Source: Candidatus Methylomirabilia bacterium
Lineage (GTDB): Bacteria; Methylomirabilota; Methylomirabilia; Rokubacteriales; CSP1-6
Reading direction: 5' to 3'
Assembly (NCBI GenBank): GCA_041492755.1
Contig: JBGPXN010000016.1
Span: forward strand, 1-45,967
DNA: 45,967 bases
Under the pieces are notes generated by a model, which saw only the letters and a program-made list of their open reading frames with translations, was not told the origin of the DNA and did not search any database. The translations under genes and the position numbers were made by a program. Numbering within the stretch: the stretch's first letter is position 1; the number at the start of each line of letters is the position of its first letter. Shown here in pieces: positions 17,146 through 25,945 of this stretch.

Positions 17146-18864
17146 GTGCCCCTTCGCGTCAAGATCCTCGCCCTCACCTGCCTTCTGCTCCTCGTCTTCG
17201 CCATCACCACCGCCCTGTCCGCCTACCTGATTCGCGACGTGATGGAGGAGATGGGCGCCATCGTGGACTACCACATTGCGCTCACCGCGCTGATCTCCGA
17301 GCTCGACGTGCTGACCTTCGAGTACGAGCTCGACGTCCGCCGGCTGCTCGACGGTCGACACGACGATCCCGCGACCGTGAAGGCGCTCGGGCAACGGGCG
17401 GCCCAGCTCGCGGACCGGCTGGAGAGGATCAGCGCCGAGGCGCACCGCCTGCTCGACCGCGCCGTGGCCGACAAGCGCAACGATCCTTCGGATCAGATCG
17501 TCCTCGCCCGCATCGATGGCGCCTTCGAGCTGATCGGTCGCCAGATCACGCCGTTCGTGGCGGTGGGCCGCGCGGTGGTCGCCGACGCCCAGGCCGGACG
17601 GGCGCGGGAGGCGCAGCAAGGCCTCGCCGGCTTTGCTCGCTTCGAGCAGGCGTTCGGCACCGACCTTGCCCGCCTCCGCCAATCCATCTCGGAGCTCACG
17701 CGTGACTCCACGCGCGAGACGGAGGGACAGGCGGGCGGCATTCTCCTGATGAACGGGGTCCTGTTCCTCCTCGCCGCGAGCATCGGGCTCGGGGTCTTCG
17801 CGTTGCTCACCTATCGCCTGCAGCAGGCGTTCCGCACGCTGCTCGAGGGCACGCGCTCCGTCGAGGCCGGGCAGCTCAACGTCGAGCTGCCGGTGACGTC
17901 CAAGGACGAGATCGGCCAGCTGACGGTGGCGTTCAACCGGATGGCGGGCGAGCTCCGCTCCAAAGAGAAGATCAAGGACACCTTCGGCAAGTTCCTGGAC
18001 CCGCGGATCGTCGCCAGCCTCCTGCGCGCGCAAGCGGAGGAGGACGGTGACAGCGCCGAGCGGCGGACGGTGACGATCTTCTTCTCCGACATCAAGGGCT
18101 TCAGCAGCCTGAGCGAGCAGCTCACGGCCGACGTGATGGTCCGGGTGCTGAACGGCTACTTCTCGACCGTGACGGGCGTCATCCGCCAGCACAACGGCAT
18201 CGTCGACAAGTACATCGGCGACGCCGTCATGAGCTTCTGGAGTCCCCCGTTCTCGCGCGCCGACAGACACGCGACCGACGCCTGTCTGGCCGCGCTCGCG
18301 CAGCAGGCGGCCATCGTCGACTTCAAGCGGGAACTCTCCAATCTCACCGGGCTGCGGCGCAACGTCCCGCCGTTCGCGGTGCGGATGGGCCTGGCCACCG
18401 GCGAAGTCGTCATCGGAACCATCGGCTCGGAGTCCATCAAGTCCTACACCGTCATCGGCGACGTCGTAAATCTAGCCTCGCGGCTCGAGGGCGTGAACAA
18501 GGCGTACGGCACCAGCATCGTCGTCGCGGAGGACACCTATCGCCTGGCCCAGGATGCGGTGGAGGCGCGCGAGCTCGACGTGCTGGTCGTGGTCGGCAAG
18601 ACGGAGCCGATCCGCGTGTTCGAGCTCCTCGGTCCAGCCGGGCAACTGTCGTCACCGATGGTCGAGCTACGCGGGGTGTTCGCCGAGGGCCTGCTCGCGT
18701 ATCGCGCTCAGAAGTGGGACGTCGCCGAGCGCAAGTTCCGCGAATGCCTGCAGATCGCTCCCGACGATGGCCCCGCCCACACGTTCGTCGAGCGCGTCAC
18801 CGAGCTGCGCACCACGCCCCCGGCGCCGAGCTGGAACGGGGTGTGGGGAATGCATTCGAAGTAG
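17146..18864 (+). CDS. Class III adenylate cyclase: two TM helices, extracytoplasmic helical sensor, HAMP, catalytic domain, TPR-like tail
   Basis: DEIGQLTVAFNRM (HAMP); FSDIKGFS, DKYIGDAVM, YTVIGDVVNLASRLEG (Lys/Thr suggest ATP specificity). Confidence 0.92.
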   Translation: MPLRVKILALTCLLLLVFAITTALSAYLIRDVMEEMGAIVDYHIALTALISELDVLTFEYELDVRRLLDGRHDDPATVKALGQRAAQLADRLERISAEAHRLLDRAVADKRNDPSDQIVLARIDGAFELIGRQITPFVAVGRAVVADAQAGRAREAQQGLAGFARFEQAFGTDLARLRQSISELTRDSTRETEGQAGGILLMNGVLFLLAASIGLGVFALLTYRLQQAFRTLLEGTRSVEAGQLNVELPVTSKDEIGQLTVAFNRMAGELRSKEKIKDTFGKFLDPRIVASLLRAQAEEDGDSAERRTVTIFFSDIKGFSSLSEQLTADVMVRVLNGYFSTVTGVIRQHNGIVDKYIGDAVMSFWSPPFSRADRHATDACLAALAQQAAIVDFKRELSNLTGLRRNVPPFAVRMGLATGEVVIGTIGSESIKSYTVIGDVVNLASRLEGVNKAYGTSIVVAEDTYRLAQDAVEARELDVLVVVGKTEPIRVFELLGPAGQLSSPMVELRGVFAEGLLAYRAQKWDVAERKFRECLQIAPDDGPAHTFVERVTELRTTPPAPSWNGVWGMHSK

Positions 18865-18868
18865 TGAA

Positions 18869-20398
18869 TCACACCGGATAGACACCGTTGCGGCGCGCCG
18901 GGAACTCGTGCTGCTTGCTCTCGGCGTAGGTCAGGCGCTTGACCAGCTCGGCACGGAGCAGCGACCCCGGGACGATGTCGTCGATCAGCATCTCGGAGGC
19001 GAGCTTGTAGACGTCGACGTCGCGCGCGTACTCCTCCCGCTTCTCCTTCACCCACGCCGCGCGCTCGCTCTCGGGCAGCTCCATGATCTTGTTGTAGTAG
19101 ACCGCGTTCACGGCCGGCTCCGGTCCCATGATGGCGATCTGCCCTTGGGGCAGCGCGATCGCTGCGTCCGGCTCGAAGGCCGGCCCGCACATCGCGTAGA
19201 GTCCCGCGCCATAGCACTTGCGCACGATCACCGAGATCTTCGGCACCGTGGCCTGGGCGGTGGCGAAGACCATCTTGGCCCCGTGGCGGATGATGCCCTC
19301 GCGCTCGACCTTGGTGCCGACCATGAAGCCCGCGATGTCGGCCAGGTACACGAGCGGCACGTTGAACGCGTTGCAGAGCCAGATGAAGCGCGCGGCCTTG
19401 TCGGAGGAGTCGACGAACAGCACGCCGCCCTTCACCTTGGGTTGGTTGGCGACGATGCCCACCGCGCGCCCGCCGATGCGGGCGAAGCCGACGATGATCT
19501 CGGCCGCGAACAGGCGCTTGAGCTCGAACCACGAACCCGCGTCGACGAGGCGATCGATCACCTCGTACATGTCGAAATACTTGCGCTGATCGTACGGCAC
19601 GATCTCTTCGATGGATCGGCCGGGCTTCGCCTCAACCGGCTGCGTCCGCGCCGGTAGTTCGCGGAAGGACGAGGGCAGGTAGCTCAGGTATTGCTTGCAG
19701 AGCTCGATCGCCTCCTCGTCGGAGGCGGCGAGGACGTCGCCGCAGCCCGAGACCGAGCAATGCATGCGGGCCCCGCCCAGCTCCTCCAGCGTCGTCTTCT
19801 CGCCGATGGCCATCTCCACCATCCGCGGGCTGCCCACGAACATCGACGCCTTGCCGTCGACCATGATCACGACGTCGGTGAGGGCGGGCAGATACGCGGA
19901 GCCCGCGGGCGACGGCCCGAAGAGCACGCACACTTGCGGCACCACCCCCGAGAGCTGGACCTCGTTGTAGAAGATGCGGCCGGCGTGGAAGCGACCGGGG
20001 AAGACCTCGATCTGCTCGGAGATCCGCGCGCCGGCCGCGTCGACGAGATAGATCAGCGGGACCTGAAGCCGCACGGCCTTCTCCTGGATGCGGATGATCT
20101 TCTGCACGGTCTTCGCGCCCCACGATCCGGCCTTGACCGTGTAGTCGTTGGCCATGATGCATACGGTCCGGCCGCCGACCCGGCCGACCCCGGTGACCAC
20201 GCCGTCGGCCGGAGTGTCGGCCTCGCTGGAGCGGGCGAAGAGCCAGTCCTCCTGGAACTCCGGGCCGGGGTCCAGCAACAGCTTCAGCCGATCACGGACG
20301 AAGAGCTTGCCCTCGGCGCGCAGCTTGTCCCGATACCTGGTGTGGCCCTGCTCGATCCGCGCCCGCTCGCGGAAGTACCGCTCCTCCCCCTCGCCCAC
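18869..20398 (-). CDS. Acyl-CoA carboxylase carboxyltransferase (beta) subunit
   Basis: GKLFVRDRL, ANDYTVKAGSWG, GPSPAGSAY, LEELGGA, GIVANQP, GFMVG..VE..GIIRHGAK, MGPEPAV. Confidence 0.93.
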   Translation of the reverse strand: MGEGEERYFRERARIEQGHTRYRDKLRAEGKLFVRDRLKLLLDPGPEFQEDWLFARSSEADTPADGVVTGVGRVGGRTVCIMANDYTVKAGSWGAKTVQKIIRIQEKAVRLQVPLIYLVDAAGARISEQIEVFPGRFHAGRIFYNEVQLSGVVPQVCVLFGPSPAGSAYLPALTDVVIMVDGKASMFVGSPRMVEMAIGEKTTLEELGGARMHCSVSGCGDVLAASDEEAIELCKQYLSYLPSSFRELPARTQPVEAKPGRSIEEIVPYDQRKYFDMYEVIDRLVDAGSWFELKRLFAAEIIVGFARIGGRAVGIVANQPKVKGGVLFVDSSDKAARFIWLCNAFNVPLVYLADIAGFMVGTKVEREGIIRHGAKMVFATAQATVPKISVIVRKCYGAGLYAMCGPAFEPDAAIALPQGQIAIMGPEPAVNAVYYNKIMELPESERAAWVKEKREEYARDVDVYKLASEMLIDDIVPGSLLRAELVKRLTYAESKQHEFPARRNGVYPV

Positions 20399-20422
20399 TC
20401 GAGCCCCCTCTCGCCCGCGCCG

Positions 20423-21478
20423 TCAGCGCGGGTTGGGATTCGCCCACACGATGATGATCAGGACGCCGGTCTGATGCCGCGGTCCTCCGATGACGGCGGG
20501 CGCGCCGGGTGCAGCCTGGATGTTGGTCGTGACTTCGGAGACGCTGCCGCGCACGAGCCGCAGACGCAGCCGCACCGCGCCGCCGGTCACGCTCTCCGGC
20601 GTGACCTCGAGCTGCCGATCGCCGGGGACGCCCCAGCGCTGCGTCGAGCCAACGGGCACCTCGGCTCGAAACCGCTCGATCGACGTGTACTCCTTGTAGC
20701 GGAAGAGCTGCCGAAGCCGGGGCAGGAAGTTTTCGAGCCGATCGTCCGGCCCCTCGGGGACCCGCTTCATGTTCGCCGCCGGCGGCGCGTCGCTGGCCAG
20801 CAGCACGCGCCCGCCGAAGCGGATGACCTGCTGCGCGGCGGCGCTGGAGACGCCGGCGGTGAGCAGGGCGAGCGCGACGAGGAGGATGAGCAGCGGGCCG
20901 AGGGCTGCGCGCAGTCGCTTGCGCGCGTTGTGCAGTCGCGACATCACGGTTCCCATGGGAATCTGCAACACCTCGGCGATCTCGCGGTACGACAGGCCCT
21001 CGAGATCACTCATCATGATAATGGTCCGATGATGCTCGGCCAAAGTCGCAAGCGCGCGCTCGATCCGCTCGCGCTCCTCGATGCGGGACGCCGTGTCGTC
21101 CGGTGCCTCGCCCTGCTCGACCATCGTGCGCTCCCAGTCCTCCTCCGGCACCTGCTCGGTGCCGAACGCGCGGCCGCGGGCGGCGCGCTGCCGGACCCGG
21201 TCCATGGCCACGTTCATCGTGATCCGGAACAGCCACGTGTAGAACGCGGACTGACCGCGGAACGAGTCCAGCGCGCTCCAGGCCCGGACGAACGCCTCCT
21301 GGGCGGCATCCCGCGCCTCCTCCTTGTCGCGCAGGACGTGGTAGGCCAGGCGCCATACCCGCTGGCGATACTTCTCGACGAGCGGCTCGAAGGCGTCGAC
21401 GTCGCCCTGCCGGCATCGCTCGAGCAGCGCCTGGTCGTCGGTATCCACGGGGTGTCGGTCGCTCACCCCGCCAGTCAC
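20423..21478 (-). CDS. ECF sigma factor with fused TM helix and extracytoplasmic C-terminal domain
   Basis: Region 2 (DAAQEAFVRAW...FRGQSAFYTWLFRI) and region 4 (LSYREIAEVLQIPMGTVMSRLHNARKRL) continue in frame into LLILLVALALLTAGVSSAAA-QQ and about 135 more aa. Exact start uncertain. Confidence 0.85.
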   Translation of the reverse strand: MTGGVSDRHPVDTDDQALLERCRQGDVDAFEPLVEKYRQRVWRLAYHVLRDKEEARDAAQEAFVRAWSALDSFRGQSAFYTWLFRITMNVAMDRVRQRAARGRAFGTEQVPEEDWERTMVEQGEAPDDTASRIEERERIERALATLAEHHRTIIMMSDLEGLSYREIAEVLQIPMGTVMSRLHNARKRLRAALGPLLILLVALALLTAGVSSAAAQQVIRFGGRVLLASDAPPAANMKRVPEGPDDRLENFLPRLRQLFRYKEYTSIERFRAEVPVGSTQRWGVPGDRQLEVTPESVTGGAVRLRLRLVRGSVSEVTTNIQAAPGAPAVIGGPRHQTGVLIIIVWANPNPR

Positions 21479-21507
21479 GGGTTAGACGGCAGGGTGGCGG
21501 GGGGGAT

Positions 21508-22014
21508 TCATCGCCGGCGCGTGCGTCCGGCCCGGCGCCCATCGGGCGCGCGGGTGGTCCGGGCCGGTGCCCGCGCCGGGAGCGCGAGCAGCGCGTCCAG
21601 CCCGAGCAGGTAGCTGTCGACGCCGAAGCCCGCGATCTGGCCGCGCGCGACGGCGGCGATCACCGAGTGCCGGCGAAATTCCTCGCGCGCGTAGACGTTG
21701 GACAGGTGCACTTCGACCACGGGCACGCCGATGCCGCCGACGGCGTCGCGCAGCGCGATCGAGTAGTGGGTGAACGCGCCGGGATTGAAGACGACGCCGA
21801 CGAACCCCTCGCGCTCCGCCCCCTGCAGCCAGTCGATGAGCTGCCCCTCGACGTTGGACTGCCGGGTCTCGACGCGGACGGCGCGACCCCGGCCGTGCTC
21901 GCGCAATCGCTGGTCGATCTCGGCCAGCGACACCCGGCCGTACACGTCGGGCTCGCGTGTGCCGAGCAGATTGAGGTTGGGCCCGTGCAGGACGAGCACG
22001 CTCCGCCGGCTCAT
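21508..22014 (-). CDS. aroQ: Type II 3-dehydroquinate dehydratase
   Basis: HGPNLNLLGTREPDVYG, QSNVEG, NPGAFTHYSIALRDA, EVHLSN..AREEFRRHS. Confidence 0.97.
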   Translation of the reverse strand: MSRRSVLVLHGPNLNLLGTREPDVYGRVSLAEIDQRLREHGRGRAVRVETRQSNVEGQLIDWLQGAEREGFVGVVFNPGAFTHYSIALRDAVGGIGVPVVEVHLSNVYAREEFRRHSVIAAVARGQIAGFGVDSYLLGLDALLALPARAPARTTRAPDGRRAGRTRRR

Positions 22015-22081
22015 GCCGACAAGAATAGCACCGGACCGGCATGGCTTCGGCCCACACTCTGCTACGCTGCAGGACAGAACT

Positions 22082-23323
22082 ATGCTGCCGTCGCCCCCCT
22101 CGGAGAGATCGGAAGGCGCGCTGAAACCCGACGCCGCCGAGCCGCGAGGTTGGGTCCTTTTCGACGCCGGCTGCGGCGTGTGTTCGCGGTGGGTCCCGTT
22201 CTGGGGCCCGACGCTGGCGCGGCTCGGTCTGGCGGTGGCCCCGCTCCAGGCGCCGTGGGTGGCCGCCCGTCTCGGGCTGGCGCCCGACGCTTTGCTCACG
22301 GACATTCGCCTCCTGCTTCGCGACGGTCGACAGTTCGCCGGCACCGACGCCTACCGGTACGTGATGCGACGGCTCGCGTGGGCCTACCCGCTCCACGTGC
22401 TGAGCGTCACGCCCGGCCCCCGCTGGATCTTCGACCGGACGTATCGCGCGTTCGCCAACCGGCGCCGGCGCATCTCCGCCGGGTGCCGGCTCGAGCCGCC
22501 GAAGCCGGTCGCCCCGGGCCCGCCGGCGGCCGGCGCCGTGCTCACGCCCGGGCGCCGCCCATTCCTCACCGCCGACTGGCGCTATCTCGTCATGGTGAAC
22601 TACGCCGTCGATCCGTCCCTCGTCGAGCCGCTCGTTCCGGCGGGCACCGTGCTCGATCGCTGGCAGGGACGGACGTTCGTGAGCGTCGTGGGATTCCGCT
22701 TCCTCCGCACGCGCGTGCTCGGAGTCCCCGTCCCCTTCCATCGTGACTTCGACGAGGTGAACCTGCGCTTCTATGTCCGGCGCGAGGGGCCGGGCCGCGA
22801 GGTCCGGCGGGGCGTGGTCTTCGTGCGCGAGCTCGTCGCCCGGCCAGCCGTCGCCCTCCTGGCGCGCCTCGCCTACAACGAGCCGTACCGGGTCGTTCCG
22901 ATGCGGAGCGTGGCGCCGGCCACGCCGGTCGAGGCCCCTGGTCGGCTCGCGTACGAATGGCGCGGTCGCGCAGGGTGGGAAGGTCTCACCGCGACGGCGA
23001 TCGGGACGCCCGCCGTGCCGCCGCCGGACTCCGAGGCGACGTTCATCACGCAGCATCATTGGGGCTACACGCGCCAGCGCGACGGCCGCACGGTCGAATA
23101 CCGGGTGGACCACCCGCCGTGGCGCGTCTGGACGGCGACGTCTGCCGTCCTCACCGCGGACATGACGCGGCTCTACGGCCCGGTCTTCGCATCCGCGCTT
23201 TCCGGACCACCGGCGTCGGCGCTGATCGCCGAAGGTTCCTCCGTGATCGTCTCGACCCCTCGCCGACTCGAACTCGCGACCGCCCCCGTGCCCGGACGCT
23301 CGCCCACGGCGACTCCTCCGTGA
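22082..23323 (+). CDS. DCC1-like (DUF393) thiol-disulfide domain fused to a YqjF/DUF2071 domain
   Basis: VLFDAGCGVC...YRAFANRR at the N terminus; FLTADWRYLVMVNY...FDEVNLRFYVRR...EYRVDHPPW at the C terminus. Start uncertain. Confidence 0.8.
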   Translation: MLPSPPSERSEGALKPDAAEPRGWVLFDAGCGVCSRWVPFWGPTLARLGLAVAPLQAPWVAARLGLAPDALLTDIRLLLRDGRQFAGTDAYRYVMRRLAWAYPLHVLSVTPGPRWIFDRTYRAFANRRRRISAGCRLEPPKPVAPGPPAAGAVLTPGRRPFLTADWRYLVMVNYAVDPSLVEPLVPAGTVLDRWQGRTFVSVVGFRFLRTRVLGVPVPFHRDFDEVNLRFYVRREGPGREVRRGVVFVRELVARPAVALLARLAYNEPYRVVPMRSVAPATPVEAPGRLAYEWRGRAGWEGLTATAIGTPAVPPPDSEATFITQHHWGYTRQRDGRTVEYRVDHPPWRVWTATSAVLTADMTRLYGPVFASALSGPPASALIAEGSSVIVSTPRRLELATAPVPGRSPTATPP

Positions 23324-23498
23324 CGCTGGTCAGCTCGGTGCGTCCATCGGTACTGGTTCTGTGGGCGGGGGACCGGCGTACGACGCGCTCTTCGACCTGT
23401 CCTGCGCCGCGGCGGGATAGGCCGGGGGCGATACCCCTGTCGACACCCGGAGGCGGACGCGGAGCGGGACGGGCTCCGGCCCTGAGCGATCGAATCGC

Positions 23499-24227
23499 TC
23501 ACTGCAGGCCGAAGTACCCGAGGATCCAGTCGGCGAGGACGAACAACAGCAGACCGGCGAACACCGTCCATCCCAGCGTGCCGCGCTCCCGGTTCACCTC
23601 GGGGATGAGGTCGGAGGCCGCCACGTAGATCGTCACCCCCGCCGACAGTGCGAGCGCGTAGCCGACGTGCTCGTGCGCGAGGAAGCTCGTCAGCAGGGCG
23701 CCGAGAAACGTCAGCGCACCGAGGATGCCACCGGCGGTGATGGCGCCGGCGCGTGAGCGACCGGTGGCCAGCATGATCGACGCCACGGTGAAGCCCTCGG
23801 GCAGCTTGTGGAGGAGCACGGCCAGGAAGAGCACCCAGCCCAGGGCCGGGCCGATCATGAAGCCGGCCGCGATGGCGACGCCGTCGAACAGCGTGTGCAC
23901 GCCCAGGCCGAGGACGGCCAGGTAGGCGGAGGACGGCTTCAAGAACGCGTCCGGGTGGATTTCCTCGCCGAAGTGGAAGTGCGGCGCCAGCGAATGCTCG
24001 AAGAGATGCACGGCGAAATAGCCGATGAGCACGAAGAGAAACGCATGCGGCACCTGGCTGCTTTCCGGCAGCATGCGCACGAAGGCGGCGGCCAGCATGA
24101 AGCCGGCCCCCGCGGCCACGAAGTAGCGAAGGCGCGCCGAGCCCTTTCGGTGCGACTCGGTCACGACCAGCGCGCCGGCCAGATCGGCCGCAGCCGCGAC
24201 GGCCGCGAGCGCAAGCTGTGCTAACAT
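23499..24227 (-). CDS. ZIP family divalent metal transporter
   Basis: HFHFGEEIH loop, VHTLFDGVAI, LHKLPEG, YVAASDLIPE; multiple TM segments. Confidence 0.92.
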   Translation of the reverse strand: MLAQLALAAVAAAADLAGALVVTESHRKGSARLRYFVAAGAGFMLAAAFVRMLPESSQVPHAFLFVLIGYFAVHLFEHSLAPHFHFGEEIHPDAFLKPSSAYLAVLGLGVHTLFDGVAIAAGFMIGPALGWVLFLAVLLHKLPEGFTVASIMLATGRSRAGAITAGGILGALTFLGALLTSFLAHEHVGYALALSAGVTIYVAASDLIPEVNRERGTLGWTVFAGLLLFVLADWILGYFGLQ

Positions 24228-24244
24228 AACGTCGGAGCATAGCA
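24219..24244. promoter_or_regulatory. Putative face-to-face extended -10 promoters for gspE (+) and the ZIP gene (-)
   Basis: TG-C-TAACAT at 24219-24227 (+) and TG-C-TATGCT at 24244-24236 (-); only 16 bp separate the two start codons. Confidence 0.5.
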
Positions 24245-25938
24245 TGGCTCTTACAGCCTCCTCGCGGCTCCTCGGGGAACTCCTCGTCGCCGAAGGCCTC
24301 GCCACTCCGGACGTTATCGCGCTCGCGCTCGAGCGCGGTCAGACGACGGGCGAGCTGCTCGGCGAAGCGCTGGTGGCGCTCGGCGCCGTGGCCGCCGAGG
24401 ACATCCTCAAGACCGTCGCGCGCCAGCAGAACCTCCCCTTTCTCGGCCGCGACGAGCTGCCGGCGCCCCTGCCCGTCCTCAAAAACCTCTCGCCGAAATA
24501 TCTGAAGCAGTACGGCGTGTGCCCCGTGAGCATCGACGGCGGCGTGCTGACCGTCGCGACCGCTGATCCGCTCAACCCGCTCATCGTCGACGACTTGCGG
24601 CAGAGCACCGGCCTCGGCGTGAAGATCGTGGTCAGTCTGCCCGACGCGATCCAGGACGCCATCGACCGCACCTACAACGGCAACAACAGCGCGCTCCAGC
24701 GGATCGTCGAGGGCATGGACGACGACCGCGGCCCCGACGCCGACGACGACGTGAATCACCTGCGCGACCTGGCGTTCGAGGCGCCGGTGGTGCGCCTGGT
24801 GAACCTGCTCGTCGAGAACGCCATTGAAGCCGAGGCCTCCGACATCCACATCGAGCCGTTCGAGGACGCGCTGCGCATCCGGTACCGGATCGACGGGGTG
24901 CTCTACGATCAGGAGGCACCGCCCCGGCGCCTGCAGGCGGCGGTCACCTCGCGCATCAAGATCATGGCGGAGATGAACATCGCGGAGCGGCGGCTGCCCC
25001 AGGACGGTCGCATCCGGGTGACGCTCCACGGCCGCCGCATCGACATCCGCGTCTCCACCATCCCAACCGTGCACGGCGAGTCGATCGTCATGCGGCTACT
25101 GGACCGCTCGACGGTATTCCATCCGCTGGAGCAGCTCGGCTTCGCGCCCGCGACGCGCCGTCAATTCGAGGCGCTGATCCAGCGGCCCCATGGGATCCTG
25201 CTCGTCACCGGCCCCACCGGCTCCGGCAAGACCACCACGCTCTATGGCGCGCTCGACAAGATCAACTCGCCCGACCGCAAGATCATCACCATCGAAGACC
25301 CCGTCGAGTACCAGCTCAAGGGCGTGAACCAGATCCCGGTCAAGGCCAAGATCGGTCTCAGCTTCGCCACCGGGCTGCGCCACATCGTGCGCCAGGACCC
25401 GGACGTGATCCTCGTCGGCGAGATCCGAGATCTAGAAACCGCGGAGATCGCCATTCAGGCGGCGCTCACCGGCCACCTCGTGTTCTCCACGCTGCACACC
25501 AACGACGCGCCCGGCGCCATCCCCAGACTTCAAGACATGGGCGTCGAGCCGTATCTCGTGTCGTCGGTCCTGGAGGCCGTGCTCGCTCAGCGTTTAGTGC
25601 GACGGATCTGCGCCGCGTGTCGGATGCCGGAGGTGCCGTCGCCGGCCCAGGTGGAGGCGCTGGGCATCAAGCCACGCCCGGGCGTCATGCTCTACCGCGG
25701 CAAGGGGTGCACCGAGTGTCGCGGCACCGGCTACCGCGGCCGCACCGGCATCTACGAGCTCTTCCCCATCACCGAGGACGCCCGCAGCCTCATCCTGCGC
25801 CGCGCCTCCAGCCCCGAGATCCGGCGCCAGGCCGTCGAGGCCGGAATGGTGACGCTGCGCGCGGACGGCTGGCTCAAGGCGTGCGAAGGCGTCACCACGA
25901 TCGAGGAAGTGCTGCGCGTCACGTCGGAAGACGCCTGA
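24244..25938 (+). CDS. gspE: T2SS assembly ATPase
   Basis: ASDIHIEP, ERRLPQDGRI, GPTGSGKTTT, TIEDPVEY, RQDPDVILVGEIRD, TGHLVFSTLHTND, CxxC...CxxC. Confidence 0.95.
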   Translation: MALTASSRLLGELLVAEGLATPDVIALALERGQTTGELLGEALVALGAVAAEDILKTVARQQNLPFLGRDELPAPLPVLKNLSPKYLKQYGVCPVSIDGGVLTVATADPLNPLIVDDLRQSTGLGVKIVVSLPDAIQDAIDRTYNGNNSALQRIVEGMDDDRGPDADDDVNHLRDLAFEAPVVRLVNLLVENAIEAEASDIHIEPFEDALRIRYRIDGVLYDQEAPPRRLQAAVTSRIKIMAEMNIAERRLPQDGRIRVTLHGRRIDIRVSTIPTVHGESIVMRLLDRSTVFHPLEQLGFAPATRRQFEALIQRPHGILLVTGPTGSGKTTTLYGALDKINSPDRKIITIEDPVEYQLKGVNQIPVKAKIGLSFATGLRHIVRQDPDVILVGEIRDLETAEIAIQAALTGHLVFSTLHTNDAPGAIPRLQDMGVEPYLVSSVLEAVLAQRLVRRICAACRMPEVPSPAQVEALGIKPRPGVMLYRGKGCTECRGTGYRGRTGIYELFPITEDARSLILRRASSPEIRRQAVEAGMVTLRADGWLKACEGVTTIEEVLRVTSEDA

Positions 25939-25945
25939 TCGGCTG

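Noticed and set aside
16408..21613. Long antisense ORFs (16408-18270 minus, 19691-21613 plus) as overlapping genes
   Set aside because: Typical stop-poor antisense frames of high-GC coding DNA; no motifs or start signals.
23324..23498. Possible gene remnant between the DUF393-DUF2071 gene and ZIP
   Set aside because: Short protein-like stretches in different frames but no family I can identify; unsupported.
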